Assembly (NCBI GenBank): GCA_003561965.1
Contig: PWXJ01000162.1
Span: 1-44,645 of the forward strand
Direction of reading: 5' to 3'
Length of the DNA: 44,645 nt
Source: PVC group bacterium
GTDB lineage: Bacteria; Auribacterota; Erginobacteria; Erginobacterales; Erginobacteraceae
This document shows, one piece after another, positions 1 through 8,997 of this stretch. A model generated the notes under the pieces. The model was not told the origin of the DNA. It worked only from the letters and a program-made list of their open reading frames with translations, and did no database searches. The translations under genes were made by a program, and so were the position numbers. The stretch's first letter is position 1, and each line of letters starts with the position of its first letter.

Positions 1-637
1 AGAGGACCAGCATCGTCAGGGAGTTGATCGCCACCATCACCAGGGTCAGGGCGTCGTTGCCCTTGGCCAGGTAGCCCCAGACCAGGACCATCGCCGTGCA
101 GGGGGCGATCCCGAGCAGGATGCAGCCGGCCAGGTAGCTCCGCCAGAGGGGGATCTCCAGCATCTTCACCCCTTCGTGCAGAATCACGGTCCCCGCCCCG
201 TGGGCCGCCCCCACCGGGAGGTCGAGGCCGAAGGGCATCCTCACCAGGTCGGTGGCCTCGGCCCCGATCAAGCCGCGGAAGAGAAAACCGAGAAAGAAGA
301 TCGAGATGGCGTACATCGTGAAGGGCTTGACGCACCAGTTGGCGAAGAGGGTCAGCAGGACCGGCTTCCCGCTCTTTCCGGCCTTGACCACCCCGCCGAA
401 GTCGATCTTGACCATAATCGGATACATCATAAAGAAGAGACAGACGGCGATCGGGATCGAGACCACCGGGGCCCCCTGGACGTAGATGGCCAGGCCGTCG
501 AGGTACTCGGCCACCCCGGGGGCGAACCTGCCCAGCAGGATCCCGGCCCCGATACAGAGCGCCACCCAGACGGTCAGGTACCGCTCGAAGATGTTGGTCA
601 TTCTCCTGTCGTTAGCATCGCTGACCGACTGATTCAC
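1..637 (-). CDS. acr3: Acr3-family arsenite efflux transporter (runs off the left edge of the window)
   Basis: Own translation of minus strand: GTG at 637 behind AGGAGG; ...[24 protein letters not shown]...[15 protein letters not shown]...[12 protein letters not shown]...[27 protein letters not shown], typical Acr3 motifs including the APCTAM Cys. Not in the ORF track because it is truncated. Confidence 0.93.
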   Translation of the reverse strand, partial: MNQSVSDANDRRMTNIFERYLTVWVALCIGAGILLGRFAPGVAEYLDGLAIYVQGAPVVSIPIAVCLFFMMYPIMVKIDFGGVVKAGKSGKPVLLTLFANWCVKPFTMYAISIFFLGFLFRGLIGAEATDLVRMPFGLDLPVGAAHGAGTVILHEGVKMLEIPLWRSYLAGCILLGIAPCTAMVLVWGYLAKGNDALTLVMVAINSLTMLVL

Positions 638-658
638 TTTTACACCTCCTTTGCCATC

Positions 659-685
659 AAAGGACTTAAAGGACCTGAAGGACAC
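659..685. repeat. 9-bp tandem micro-repeat, family AAAGGACNN, copy 1 (3 units)
   Basis: AAAGGACTT AAAGGACCT GAAGGACAC; overlaps the arsM stop codon. Confidence 0.85.
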
Positions 686-1487
686 CGGGGCCGGGCCTGA
701 TCGCCTCGATCCGGGCCGCGCGGACGAACCGCTCCGCCCCACTGTCCGGGAACCAGTCCTTGATGAAGAACGCGCTTTCCTCGTGCACCCGGACGCGGAT
801 GTCGGCAAATCCGGCCGCCTTGAGCATCGCTTCGGTTTCCGGGACGGCGGCGGCTCCGGCGACGCACCCGCTATAGGCCGAGAAGTCCCGTTTTACCCGG
901 TCGGGGATGGGTGCCACCGCCACCACGTCGGAGATGGCCAGACGCCCTCCCGGGCGGAGGACCCGGAAGGCTTCCGAGTAAACCCGCCCCTTATCCGGCG
1001 AGAGGTTGATCACGCAGTTGGAGATAATCGCGTCCGCCGTTTCATCGGACACGGGAAGATGCTCGATCTCGCCGAGGCGAAATTCGACGTTTTCATAGCC
1101 GCCGGCGGCGGCGTTGGTGCGAGCCTTTTCGATCATCTCCTCCGTCATATCAACCCCGATTATCCGGCCGGTCGGACCGACCCGGCGGGCGGCGAGAAAG
1201 CAGTCGAAACCGCCGCCGCAACCAAGGTCGATCACGGTCGCGCCCGCCTTCAGTTCCGCGATTGCCTGAGGGTTGCCGCAGCCCAGCCCCAGGTCCGCCC
1301 CTGCCGGTGCCGAGGAGATTTCCTCGGGCGAGTAGCCGATCCGGGCCGAGGCGCCGGGGGCGGGACCGGGGACGGCGGACGGCTGGCAGCAACCGGTGGC
1401 GCAGCCGCAACTTCCGGCGGATTTGGCGATCGCCGCGTAGCGGCGGCGGATTTCTCGCTTGATCTTCTCGGGCGGGCGGCTTTGCAT
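666..1487 (-). CDS. arsM: Arsenite S-adenosylmethionine methyltransferase
   Basis: [22 protein letters not shown] motif, [22 protein letters not shown]-terminal CGC..CC. Start placed at ATG 1487 (MQSRPPEK); the longer ORF-track start runs through a repeat array. Confidence 0.92.
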   Translation of the reverse strand: MQSRPPEKIKREIRRRYAAIAKSAGSCGCATGCCQPSAVPGPAPGASARIGYSPEEISSAPAGADLGLGCGNPQAIAELKAGATVIDLGCGGGFDCFLAARRVGPTGRIIGVDMTEEMIEKARTNAAAGGYENVEFRLGEIEHLPVSDETADAIISNCVINLSPDKGRVYSEAFRVLRPGGRLAISDVVAVAPIPDRVKRDFSAYSGCVAGAAAVPETEAMLKAAGFADIRVRVHEESAFFIKDWFPDSGAERFVRAARIEAIRPGPGVLQVL

Positions 1488-1499
1488 AACTTTTCCGAC

Positions 1500-1539
1500 C
1501 AAGGACATAAATGACCAAAAGGACCTAAAGGACACCTGG
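1500..1539. repeat. 9-bp tandem micro-repeat, family AAAGGACNN, copy 2 (4 units)
   Basis: CAAGGACAT AAATGACCA AAAGGACCT AAAGGACAC CTGG between the J-domain gene and arsM. Confidence 0.85.
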
Positions 1540-1542
1540 CGA

Positions 1543-1971
1543 CTAACCGGGCTTTTCCGGGCTGTTTCGGGGGCAGTCGATGACCTGGGGGCGCTTTCGC
1601 CAGGCGGTACAGGTCTCCATCTCCGGGCATTTCGGGCAGCCGGTTTCGGTCATCCGCCGGTAGTGGTAGCGCATCGCGAAACGGAAGAAGGGGTGGCCGG
1701 CCGGGCCGGGGGTCGGCCGGAGCCGGTCGGCCAGGTCCTCGTTGTAATCCGGGTCGCCGAAGCGATGATAACGGCGGCGGCGGGCGGGATCGGAGAGGAC
1801 CTCGTAGGCCTCCTGTATCCGGATAAACTCCTCCGAACGGCAGCCGCCCCGGCGGTCGGGGTGGTGCTCGCGGGCCAGCTTGCGGTAGGCCCGCTTGATC
1901 TCGGCATCCGTTGACTGTCGCGAGACCCCGAGGACCCGGTAATAATCAATCCGCCGGCGAATTCTTTTCAT
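1543..1971 (-). CDS. Small J-domain (DnaJ-type) protein with a Cys-rich C-terminus
   Basis: DYYRVLGV...IKRAYRKLAREHHPDR...FIRIQEAYEVLSDPARRRRY (HPD motif); tail CPKC-x5-C-x11-C. Start at ATG 1971 or 1995. Confidence 0.85.
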   Translation of the reverse strand: MKRIRRRIDYYRVLGVSRQSTDAEIKRAYRKLAREHHPDRRGGCRSEEFIRIQEAYEVLSDPARRRRYHRFGDPDYNEDLADRLRPTPGPAGHPFFRFAMRYHYRRMTETGCPKCPEMETCTAWRKRPQVIDCPRNSPEKPG

Positions 1972-1987
1972 CGTCCGCCAACCGTAA

Positions 1988-2218
1988 TTATCCAAGCAGA
2001 GCCTTGATTTCCGCGACGGTGGGTGCCTTGCCGGCGATCTTCACCTCGCCGTCGATCGCCACCGCCGGGGTCAGCATCACCCCGTAGTCGGCGATCTCTT
2101 TCAGGTTTTTCACCTCGGCCACATCGGCTTCCTTCCCCAACTCGGCCAGGGCGGCCTTGATGTTTTCCCTGGTCTCGCGGCATTTCGGGCAGCCGGTACC
2201 CAGGACTTCAATCTTCAT
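1988..2218 (-). CDS. Small redox-active thioredoxin-like protein (MTH895/ArsE, Thioredoxin_3 type)
   Basis: MKIEVLGTGCPKC...YGVMLTPAVAIDGEVKIAGKAPT, 76 aa, GGAGGG RBS; this is the C-terminal part of ORF 1988..2623. Confidence 0.9.
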   Translation of the reverse strand: MKIEVLGTGCPKCRETRENIKAALAELGKEADVAEVKNLKEIADYGVMLTPAVAIDGEVKIAGKAPTVAEIKALLG

Positions 2219-2232
2219 TTTCCCCTCCTTGT

Positions 2233-3747
2233 TCACAAAAAACCCAACAGGAGCCCGGCTATCATACCCGAGCCGAGCAGAAACATCACCAGCCCGGTGA
2301 TGAAGTGCATCTTCCCCGCCCCCTTCTGCCGCCAGCGCTCGGCCCGGGCGGTGGTGGTGTAGCCGAAGTGGACCGCAAAGGCGAGGACGACCAGGGGGAG
2401 GACGAAGAAGAGGTTGTAGAGCAAGAGCAGGAGCACCCCCTCCCGCCGCTCGGTGGTCTGGGAGAGGAGGGTGAGGATAGCCAGGTAGGGCCCGGAGGTA
2501 CAGGGGGCGAGGAAGAGCGACTCCAGGGCCCCGATCGCGAAGGCCCCGGGGACGCTGGTCACCGAGGCGGCCAGCTTCTTCGCCCGGGGCTGCCAGCTGG
2601 CCGGAATCTCGATCGTGAACCACTTCCCGTACCAGAAGAGGTCCTTCATCTGCCAGAGCCCGATCAGGATCGCCAGGATGGAGACGACCCAGAGGAAGGT
2701 GACCCGGAACCCCCGGGTCCCCACCGTCGCCCCCAGCAGCGTGTAGACCGCGAAACCCATCAGGAAGTACATCACGTAGACCCCGGCGATAAAGGCCAGC
2801 CCGGCCTTGAGGACCTTCATCCTCTGGCCGAGGACCATCAGGGTGCCCATCAACAGGAGCATCAGGGCGAAGTCGCAGGGGTTGAGCGAGTCGAGCAGCG
2901 CCGCCCCGATCACCGCCCAGAGGGTGAGCCGCTCCCTCAGCCGGAGCCGGTCCAGGGGCGAGGAGACCCCCTCCTCGGCCGCCCGGGCGGCGTAGGCTTC
3001 AATCCGGCGGACGATCTCCGCCGGGTCGGTGAACTTTTCCGGACTCCGGCGGCCGATATACAGGGTGTCGCCGATCAGGGCGAGGTCGCCGAGGAAGAGG
3101 GCCGGGGGCTCTCCGGGGAGGCCGAGCATCCGCTGAAGCCGCCGGAACCGGCTTTCCCGGTCGGGATCGTCGAGGTCGAAGATCTCCAGGGACAGGCGGG
3201 GGTCGTCCCTGACCAGCTCCCGGGCCCGGCGCTCCAGGGCCATCCCCTCCGGGTCCCCGGGGTGGAGGAAGACCAGGATCTCCGCCGCCGCCTCCTCCAG
3301 CCGCCGGAGGGGAGAGCGGGCCTCCTCCGCGATCGCCCGGACCACCGCTTCTTCCAGGGCGGTCTCCTTCTCCCGGCCCCGGAGGACGGCCGGCTCTTCA
3401 AGCAGGCCGTAAAATACCTCCCCGACCATCGCCACCTCCCCGATAAAGATCATCGGCACCGGGCCGATCTCCGCTTCGTAGGCGGCCAGCAGCCGGGGAA
3501 AGAGTTCCCTCCCTTCCGGGGTGTGGATATCGTAGCGGATAATCTCCAGGCCGGGATAGAGGCCGCGGAGGTAGTCGAGGGTCTCGGCCGCCTCGACACA
3601 ATCCGGACAGCCCGGTTCGTAGAGGTAAACCGCCTCCGTCTCCCCGGCCGGGGAGAGGGTGGGGAGGAACAAGAGCAGGGCCAGCCCCAGGAATACCGCC
3701 CGGACGGCGCCAGTTCGAATACGGAAAATTTCCCGGCGGGTGCTCAT
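2233..3747 (-). CDS. Thioredoxin/glutaredoxin-like domains fused to a CcdA/DsbD-type transmembrane electron-transfer domain
   Basis: Signal/TM segment, YEPGCPDC, second Trx-like repeat without CxxC, then TM helices with LDSLNPC and APCTSGPY Cys pair. ATG 3747 abuts the upstream stop. Confidence 0.85.
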   Translation of the reverse strand: MSTRREIFRIRTGAVRAVFLGLALLLFLPTLSPAGETEAVYLYEPGCPDCVEAAETLDYLRGLYPGLEIIRYDIHTPEGRELFPRLLAAYEAEIGPVPMIFIGEVAMVGEVFYGLLEEPAVLRGREKETALEEAVVRAIAEEARSPLRRLEEAAAEILVFLHPGDPEGMALERRARELVRDDPRLSLEIFDLDDPDRESRFRRLQRMLGLPGEPPALFLGDLALIGDTLYIGRRSPEKFTDPAEIVRRIEAYAARAAEEGVSSPLDRLRLRERLTLWAVIGAALLDSLNPCDFALMLLLMGTLMVLGQRMKVLKAGLAFIAGVYVMYFLMGFAVYTLLGATVGTRGFRVTFLWVVSILAILIGLWQMKDLFWYGKWFTIEIPASWQPRAKKLAASVTSVPGAFAIGALESLFLAPCTSGPYLAILTLLSQTTERREGVLLLLLYNLFFVLPLVVLAFAVHFGYTTTARAERWRQKGAGKMHFITGLVMFLLGSGMIAGLLLGFL

Positions 3748-3748
3748 C

Positions 3749-4762
3749 TCATCTGCTGATGTTGGAACGGAGGGGGACGAGGATAACATTCTGCCCGGGA
3801 AGATCGGTCTCGATCGTAACCTGGCCCGAGTAATGACCGGGCGCGGCATCCGGCCGGAGCCGGACCGATATTTCGAATTCCTTCCCCGGCTCGACGGTAT
3901 TCACCTCCACCTGGAAAGCTTCGACGTCGCTCCGGACCTCCCGGATCTCTACCGGTTGCTCGGCGCGGTTGACCAGGCTGATGTACTTCTCGATCCGCCG
4001 GGACTGTTCGTTCTCATTGAAAAAGAGCATCCGGGGCTGGTGCTGAATCAACCCCTCGACCGTGGCCAGCAGCCGCCCGGTCAGGCTGGTCATCCGGGGG
4101 TGGTCGATCCGGGCGGTCAGGCCGCCCCGGTGCCGGCCGACCGGCGCCTCCGGGGAGAGCGTCACCTCGATCCGGACCGGGCCCGCGGATTCGGGCTCTT
4201 CCGGCTCGATAATCCGGGCCGAGAAGAACTCGGGTTGGGCGGAGATCTCCAGGACCCTTACCGGGTCCCCGTCGAAGACCACGCTGACCTCCCTCACCGC
4301 CGGCTGGCCCTGAACCACCCGGCCGAACTGGACGTTCCGGGGGTCGAAGGCGGCCACGGTCTTGATCGTGGTCACGATCTCCACCCGGGCGGTGGGGTTC
4401 TGCCGGTCGTTGGAATGGATAAAGACGGGCTGGGTAGTCCTTCCCCGGTAGCCGCGGGTGTTGAAGGTCGCCCGGATCTCCCCGCTCTCCCCGGGGGCGA
4501 TCGTGTCGCTGGAGAGGTTGCTGGCGGTACAGCCGCAGGTGGTCCGGACCCGGCTGATCTTCAGTTCGGCGTCCCCGATGTTGGTGAAGGTGAAGATATG
4601 GGAAATCGATTCTCCTTCCCAGGTCTCCCCGGCGTCATAGACGGCCTCCCGGAAGGAGATCACCGGACCGGCCCGGTCGACCGTTGCTTCCTCCTCCGCC
4701 CGGAGGGGGAAGGCCAAGCTGCCGAGAATAATGGTAATCAACAATAGCTTCAATCTTTTCAT
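3749..4762 (-). CDS. Exported DUF1573-domain (Ig-like) protein
   Basis: AAAGGAGG RBS, ATG 4762, signal peptide MKRLKLLLITIILGSLAFPLRA, HIFTFTNIGDAELKISRVRTTCGCT...IAPGESGEIRATFNT. Confidence 0.85.
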   Translation of the reverse strand: MKRLKLLLITIILGSLAFPLRAEEEATVDRAGPVISFREAVYDAGETWEGESISHIFTFTNIGDAELKISRVRTTCGCTASNLSSDTIAPGESGEIRATFNTRGYRGRTTQPVFIHSNDRQNPTARVEIVTTIKTVAAFDPRNVQFGRVVQGQPAVREVSVVFDGDPVRVLEISAQPEFFSARIIEPEEPESAGPVRIEVTLSPEAPVGRHRGGLTARIDHPRMTSLTGRLLATVEGLIQHQPRMLFFNENEQSRRIEKYISLVNRAEQPVEIREVRSDVEAFQVEVNTVEPGKEFEISVRLRPDAAPGHYSGQVTIETDLPGQNVILVPLRSNISR

Positions 4763-4783
4763 CAATATTTCCTCCTTTCTACC

Positions 4784-4823
4784 CAGGGACCTAAAGGACT
4801 TAAAGGACCTAACAGACGCCTGG
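4784..4823. repeat. 9-bp tandem micro-repeat, family AAAGGACNN, copy 3 (4 units)
   Basis: CAGGGACCT AAAGGACTT AAAGGACCT AACAGACGC CTGG between the permease and DUF1573 genes. Confidence 0.85.
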
Positions 4824-4830
4824 TGGTTTT

Positions 4831-6009
4831 TCAGGACCAGACTGTGCCAAAAATATAACCGCTGGCGGTGGCCATCACCACCACCAGGGAGATGAAGACC
4901 AGGGTTTTCTTGGTTCCCATCACCGAGCGGATCACCAGCATATTCGGGAGGCTCAACGCCGGGCCGGCCAGGAGCAGGGCCAGGGCCGGCCCCTTGCCCA
5001 TCCCGGCGCCGAGCAGCCCCTGGAGGATCGGGACCTCGGTCAGGGTGGCGAAGTACATCAGGGCCCCGGCCAGCGAGGCGAAGAAGTTGGCGGAGAGCGA
5101 GTTTCCCCCGACGGCCCCGGCCACCCAGCCCGAGGGGATAATCCCCTCCCGGCCGGGACGGCCGAGCAGGGCCCCGGCCACCAGGACCCCGATGAAGAGC
5201 AGCGGCAGGATCTGCCGGGCGAAGGTCCAGGTGGAGGAGGTCCATTCCTTCAGTTCGTCCTTCCGGAACCAGGCAATCAGCATCCCGATCAGCCCGGCCA
5301 GGAAGATCCCGGTCAGGACCCACTTGATCCGGAAGATGAAATTCCAGACCCCGCCCTCGCCCCGGGCCGCCCCGGACCAGTTGGCGAAGACCAGGATCCC
5401 GACCATCGCGGCGAAAAAGAGGGCGTTCTTCCAGAGCGGCCGGTCTTCCTCTTCCTCCCCGGCGGCGAAGTCGACGGCGTTCTTCGCCTTCTCCCGCTCC
5501 TCTTTGAGGAAGATGAAGTGCATCGCCAGCCCGATGATTACGCTGAAGACCACCGCCCCGACGGCCCGGGCGACTCCCAGCTCCAGCCCCAGGACCCGGG
5601 CGGTGAGGATTATCGCCAGGACGTTGATCGCCGGGCCGGAGTAGAGAAAGGCGGTGGCCGGGCCGATCCCCGCCCCCCGCCGGTGGATCCCGGAGAAGAG
5701 GGGGAGGACGGTGCAGGAGCAGACCGCCAGGATCGTCCCCGAGACCGAGGCCACGCCGTAGGCGAGGAACTTGTTGGCCGAAGCCCCGAAGTACTTGATC
5801 ACCGCCGCCTGGTTGACGAAGACCGCGATCCCCCCGGCGATGAAGAAGGCCGGGACCAGGCAGAGCAGGACGTGCTCCCGGGCGTACTCCTGGAGCATCA
5901 GCAGGGCCTCCCCCGCCGGGCCGGGGATCTCCCAATTATCGAAGGGCAGGATGTAGGCGAGGAGAAAGACCGCCAGGAACAGCAGAATTATGGTCCAGGT
6001 CTTTTTCAT
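4831..6009 (-). CDS. ArsP/DUF318-family permease
   Basis: EHVLLCLVPAFFIAG, LAVCSCTVLPLF, FLYSGPAIN, MYFATLTEVPI, LLAGPALSLP motifs; many TM helices. Confidence 0.9.
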   Translation of the reverse strand: MKKTWTIILLFLAVFLLAYILPFDNWEIPGPAGEALLMLQEYAREHVLLCLVPAFFIAGGIAVFVNQAAVIKYFGASANKFLAYGVASVSGTILAVCSCTVLPLFSGIHRRGAGIGPATAFLYSGPAINVLAIILTARVLGLELGVARAVGAVVFSVIIGLAMHFIFLKEEREKAKNAVDFAAGEEEEDRPLWKNALFFAAMVGILVFANWSGAARGEGGVWNFIFRIKWVLTGIFLAGLIGMLIAWFRKDELKEWTSSTWTFARQILPLLFIGVLVAGALLGRPGREGIIPSGWVAGAVGGNSLSANFFASLAGALMYFATLTEVPILQGLLGAGMGKGPALALLLAGPALSLPNMLVIRSVMGTKKTLVFISLVVVMATASGYIFGTVWS

Positions 6010-6024
6010 AACCGGTGATGCTTT

Positions 6025-6378
6025 TCAGGCGGCCGGGGCGGGCCGGCAGATCTCATCCCGGTTGACCCGCCCGGCCGCGGTCCGGTCGGCGGCGATCCGC
6101 GGGTCGTCGTTCCCCCAGCGCCGCAGGCCGGCCAGAAGGTCGGAGGAAAGGTCAGCGCCGTCCGCGGAGAGGGAGTAGTTCACCCAGAGGCCGTCCTTCT
6201 CGTCGATCACCAGGCCGGCGTCCCGGAGAATCCCCAGGTGCCGGGAGACGGACGACTGACCGAGGCCGAGGATCCGGGTGATCTCGCAGACGCAGAGCGG
6301 CCGGACCTCGAGCATCTTGAGGATCCGGAGCCGGTTGCGGTCGCCCAGGGCCTTGAAGATTTTTTCCATCCTTCGCAT
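6025..6378 (-). CDS. arsR: ArsR/SmtB metalloregulatory repressor
   Basis: FKALGDRNRLRIL...LCVCEI...QSSVSRHLGILRDAGLV...GLWVNYSL; CVC metalloid-binding motif; heads the ars operon. Confidence 0.92.
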   Translation of the reverse strand: MRRMEKIFKALGDRNRLRILKMLEVRPLCVCEITRILGLGQSSVSRHLGILRDAGLVIDEKDGLWVNYSLSADGADLSSDLLAGLRRWGNDDPRIAADRTAAGRVNRDEICRPAPAA

Positions 6379-6395
6379 CAGCAGAAACTCACTAC

Positions 6396-6451
6396 TATAT
6401 CCATATATTTAGATATATACTAAATATTACCACCGTTCGGGGGCCTGTCAA
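6396..6451 (-). promoter_or_regulatory. Sigma70 promoter of the ars operon with a probable ArsR operator
   Basis: Minus strand TTGACA (6451-6446), 16 nt, TGn-TAATAT (6429-6424); downstream AT-rich imperfect palindrome TATATC-N10-GATATA (6396-6417). Confidence 0.7.
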
Positions 6452-6685
6452 GAGTCCGGGGAATTTTTTTCGGGAAACCCGGCCGAGGATCTGGTAGCCT
6501 GCCGGTGATGATACCGCGAAGAACCGGATCCAGGCCGGCAATAACCGAGCAGGCCGCCCGGGAGCGGAAAGCCCCGTTTCTTTAAGCACAGTGACTTTTC
6601 CGGTTTATCTATCCACCGATATCGAGTAATCTCCAAGCTGTCCGGTACAAATCCGGGGTAATCAGGTAATTTCAGGAGCGGGATA

Positions 6686-8374
6686 ATGGGAAATGATGCT
6701 CTCTGGTACAAGGACGCGGTTTTCTACGAACTCAACGTCAAGGGGTTTTACGACAGCGACAACGACGGGGTAGGCGACTTCCGGGGGGTGATCGAGAAGC
6801 TCGATTACCTCCAGGACCTGGGAATCGACTGTCTCTGGCTCCTCCCCTTCTACCTCTCACCCCAGAAGGACGACGGCTACGACATCTCGGACTTCTACAA
6901 GATCCAGCCTGAATACGGAACTTTAAAGGACTTCAAGGCCCTCCTCCGGGCGGCCCACAAGCGGGACATCCGGGTGGTCACCGACCTGGTGATGAACCAC
7001 ACCTCGGACCAGCACCCCTGGTTCGTCGAGTCCCGTTCCTCGAAGAAATCGCCCAAGCGGGACTACTACGTCTGGAGCGACACCGACAAGAAATACCGGG
7101 ACGCCCGGATCATCTTCGTCGACACCGAGGAGTCGAACTGGGCTTACGACAAGACCACCGGGCAATTCTACTGGCACCGCTTCTTCAGCCACCAGCCCGA
7201 CCTCAACTACGACAACCCCCGGGTCCGGACCGCGATGCTCCGGGTGATCAACCACTGGCTGAAGATGGGGCTGGACGGTTTCCGCTGCGACGCCGTCCCC
7301 TACCTCTTCGAGCGGGAGGGGACCAGCTGCGAGAACCTCCCCGAGACCCACGAGTACTTCAAGCACATCCGGGCCAAGATCGACGAGAAGTTCGACGGCA
7401 AGATCCTGATCGCCGAGGCCAACCAGTGGCCGAGCGACGTCCTCCCCTACTTCGGCGAGGGCGACGAGTTCCATATGGCCTTCAACTTCCCCCTGATGCC
7501 GAGGATCTTTATGGCCCTGCGGAAGGAGTCGGGGGAGCCGATCGAGAACATTATGCGCCAGATGCCCTCGATCCCGGAGAGCTGCCAGTGGGGGCTCTTC
7601 CTGAGAAACCACGACGAGCTGACCCTGGAGATGGTGACCGACGAGGAGCGGGACTATATGTACCGAGAGTACGCCAAGAACGGGAAGATGAGGTGCAACC
7701 TGGGGATCCGGCGGCGGCTGGCCCCGCTGCTCGACAACGGCCGCCGCCAGATCGAGCTCCTCAACAACCTCCTCTTCACCCTCCCCGGCTCCCCGGTGAT
7801 CTACTACGGCGACGAGATCGGGATGGGGGACAACATCTACCTCGGCGACCGCAACGGGGTGCGGACCCCGATGCAGTGGGACGGCTACCGAAACGCCGGT
7901 TTCTCGAAAGCCGACCCGGCCCAGCTCTACAGCCCGGTGAATATGGACCCGGTCTACGGCTGCCAGTCGATCAACGTCGAGGCCCAGCTGAGGACCTCGA
8001 CCTCGCTGCTGAGCTGGATGAAGCGGCTGATCAAAATCCGCAAGGACCATTGCCAGGTCTTCGGCCGGGGCGATTTGAAATTCGTCCCCTCCTGGAACCC
8101 GAAGACCCTCTCCTACACCCGGCGCTACCGGGACCGGATCGTCCTGATCGTCAACAACCTCTCCCGCTTCACCCAGCCGATCGAACTCGACCTCCGGAAG
8201 TACGAGGGTTTCCGCCCGGTGGAGATGCTCGGCGGGACCCCCTTCCCCCCGATCGGCACCCTCCCCTACTTCTTCACCGTCGGCCCCCACAACTTCTTCC
8301 ATTTCGACCTGGTCCCGGCCTCGGAACAGGCCGAGCAGAAACTCCGGAAGCTGCGGGCGGGAGAGACGGGATAA
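6686..8374 (+). CDS. treS: Trehalose synthase / maltose alpha-D-glucosyltransferase (GH13)
   Basis: WYKDAVFYE, DDGYDISD, DLVMNHTSDQHPWF, GFRCDAVPYLFE, AEANQWP, FLRNHDELTLEMVT, NLGIRRRLAPLL. Confidence 0.95.
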   Translation: MGNDALWYKDAVFYELNVKGFYDSDNDGVGDFRGVIEKLDYLQDLGIDCLWLLPFYLSPQKDDGYDISDFYKIQPEYGTLKDFKALLRAAHKRDIRVVTDLVMNHTSDQHPWFVESRSSKKSPKRDYYVWSDTDKKYRDARIIFVDTEESNWAYDKTTGQFYWHRFFSHQPDLNYDNPRVRTAMLRVINHWLKMGLDGFRCDAVPYLFEREGTSCENLPETHEYFKHIRAKIDEKFDGKILIAEANQWPSDVLPYFGEGDEFHMAFNFPLMPRIFMALRKESGEPIENIMRQMPSIPESCQWGLFLRNHDELTLEMVTDEERDYMYREYAKNGKMRCNLGIRRRLAPLLDNGRRQIELLNNLLFTLPGSPVIYYGDEIGMGDNIYLGDRNGVRTPMQWDGYRNAGFSKADPAQLYSPVNMDPVYGCQSINVEAQLRTSTSLLSWMKRLIKIRKDHCQVFGRGDLKFVPSWNPKTLSYTRRYRDRIVLIVNNLSRFTQPIELDLRKYEGFRPVEMLGGTPFPPIGTLPYFFTVGPHNFFHFDLVPASEQAEQKLRKLRAGETG

Positions 8375-8466
8375 CGGAATCTAATTAATCCGAAAAGATA
8401 CCGCGGAGGAACGCCAGGTCGGATTTCGAGCTTCCGGGCCGGCCGAGACGAGGGACGGGGACCGCC

Positions 8467-8985
8467 TCAGCCTGGAGCGCCGGGCGGGACTTTCGCCCGT
8501 TCCCGTACCTTCAGGTACTTCTGGAACATCAGGGAGTTGGGGATATGGATGTAGTTACCCTCCTCGTCCCTGAGGAGGGTGAAGAAGGTGTTGATGGCGA
8601 TCACCTTCCCCCGGACGCCGTCGGGGTGGATCTCCACGGTATCGTCGAGCTTGAAGGGGGAGGTGAAGTAGAGGAGGACGCCGGCCAGGATGTTGCCGAT
8701 CAGGCTCCAGACGGCGAAGAAGGCGATGGCCACCATTGTGATCAGGCCGGTGACGTAGACCCAGATGTTCCTGATCTCGAACCCCCAGACGTGAACGATG
8801 ATCAGCAGGGCGATCAGGGCGGTGATGGCGGAGATGACCTTCTTGACGATGATATACCGGCTCAGGGCCAGGCCTTTTTTCAACATTGTTCTCCGGGCCG
8901 AAAGCTTCAGGAAATGATAAACCAGGTAGAAGGCCGCCGCCGCGGCCGCCGATATGATCAGTCGGGTGAGGAATTCTCGTTCCAT
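8467..8985 (-). CDS. Short MscS-family mechanosensitive channel protein
   Basis: Three TM segments, then NILAGVLLYFTSPFKLDDTVEI...GKVIAINTFFTLL...IHIPNSLM. Confidence 0.8.
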   Translation of the reverse strand: MEREFLTRLIISAAAAAAFYLVYHFLKLSARRTMLKKGLALSRYIIVKKVISAITALIALLIIVHVWGFEIRNIWVYVTGLITMVAIAFFAVWSLIGNILAGVLLYFTSPFKLDDTVEIHPDGVRGKVIAINTFFTLLRDEEGNYIHIPNSLMFQKYLKVRERAKVPPGAPG

Positions 8986-8997
8986 CTGCTGCCTCCC

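Noticed and set aside
3749-5935. 728-aa ORF as one protein
   Set aside because: The first 391 codons are an off-frame overlap with the permease; the real gene starts at ATG 4762 with a strong RBS and signal peptide.
1543-6378. Selenocysteine read-through in the ars-operon redox proteins
   Set aside because: The expected Cys motifs (CPKC, CPDC, CGC, CSC) are all encoded as Cys in uninterrupted frames.
6495-6600. Possible riboswitch (fluoride-like GGTGATG) upstream of treS
   Set aside because: The remaining consensus and pseudoknot elements were not found; only generic GC-rich pairing.
6923-6938. TAAAGGACTTCAAGG inside treS resembling the 9-bp family
   Set aside because: It encodes LKDFK in a conserved GH13 helix, has fewer than two units and is in the opposite orientation to transcription; likely chance.
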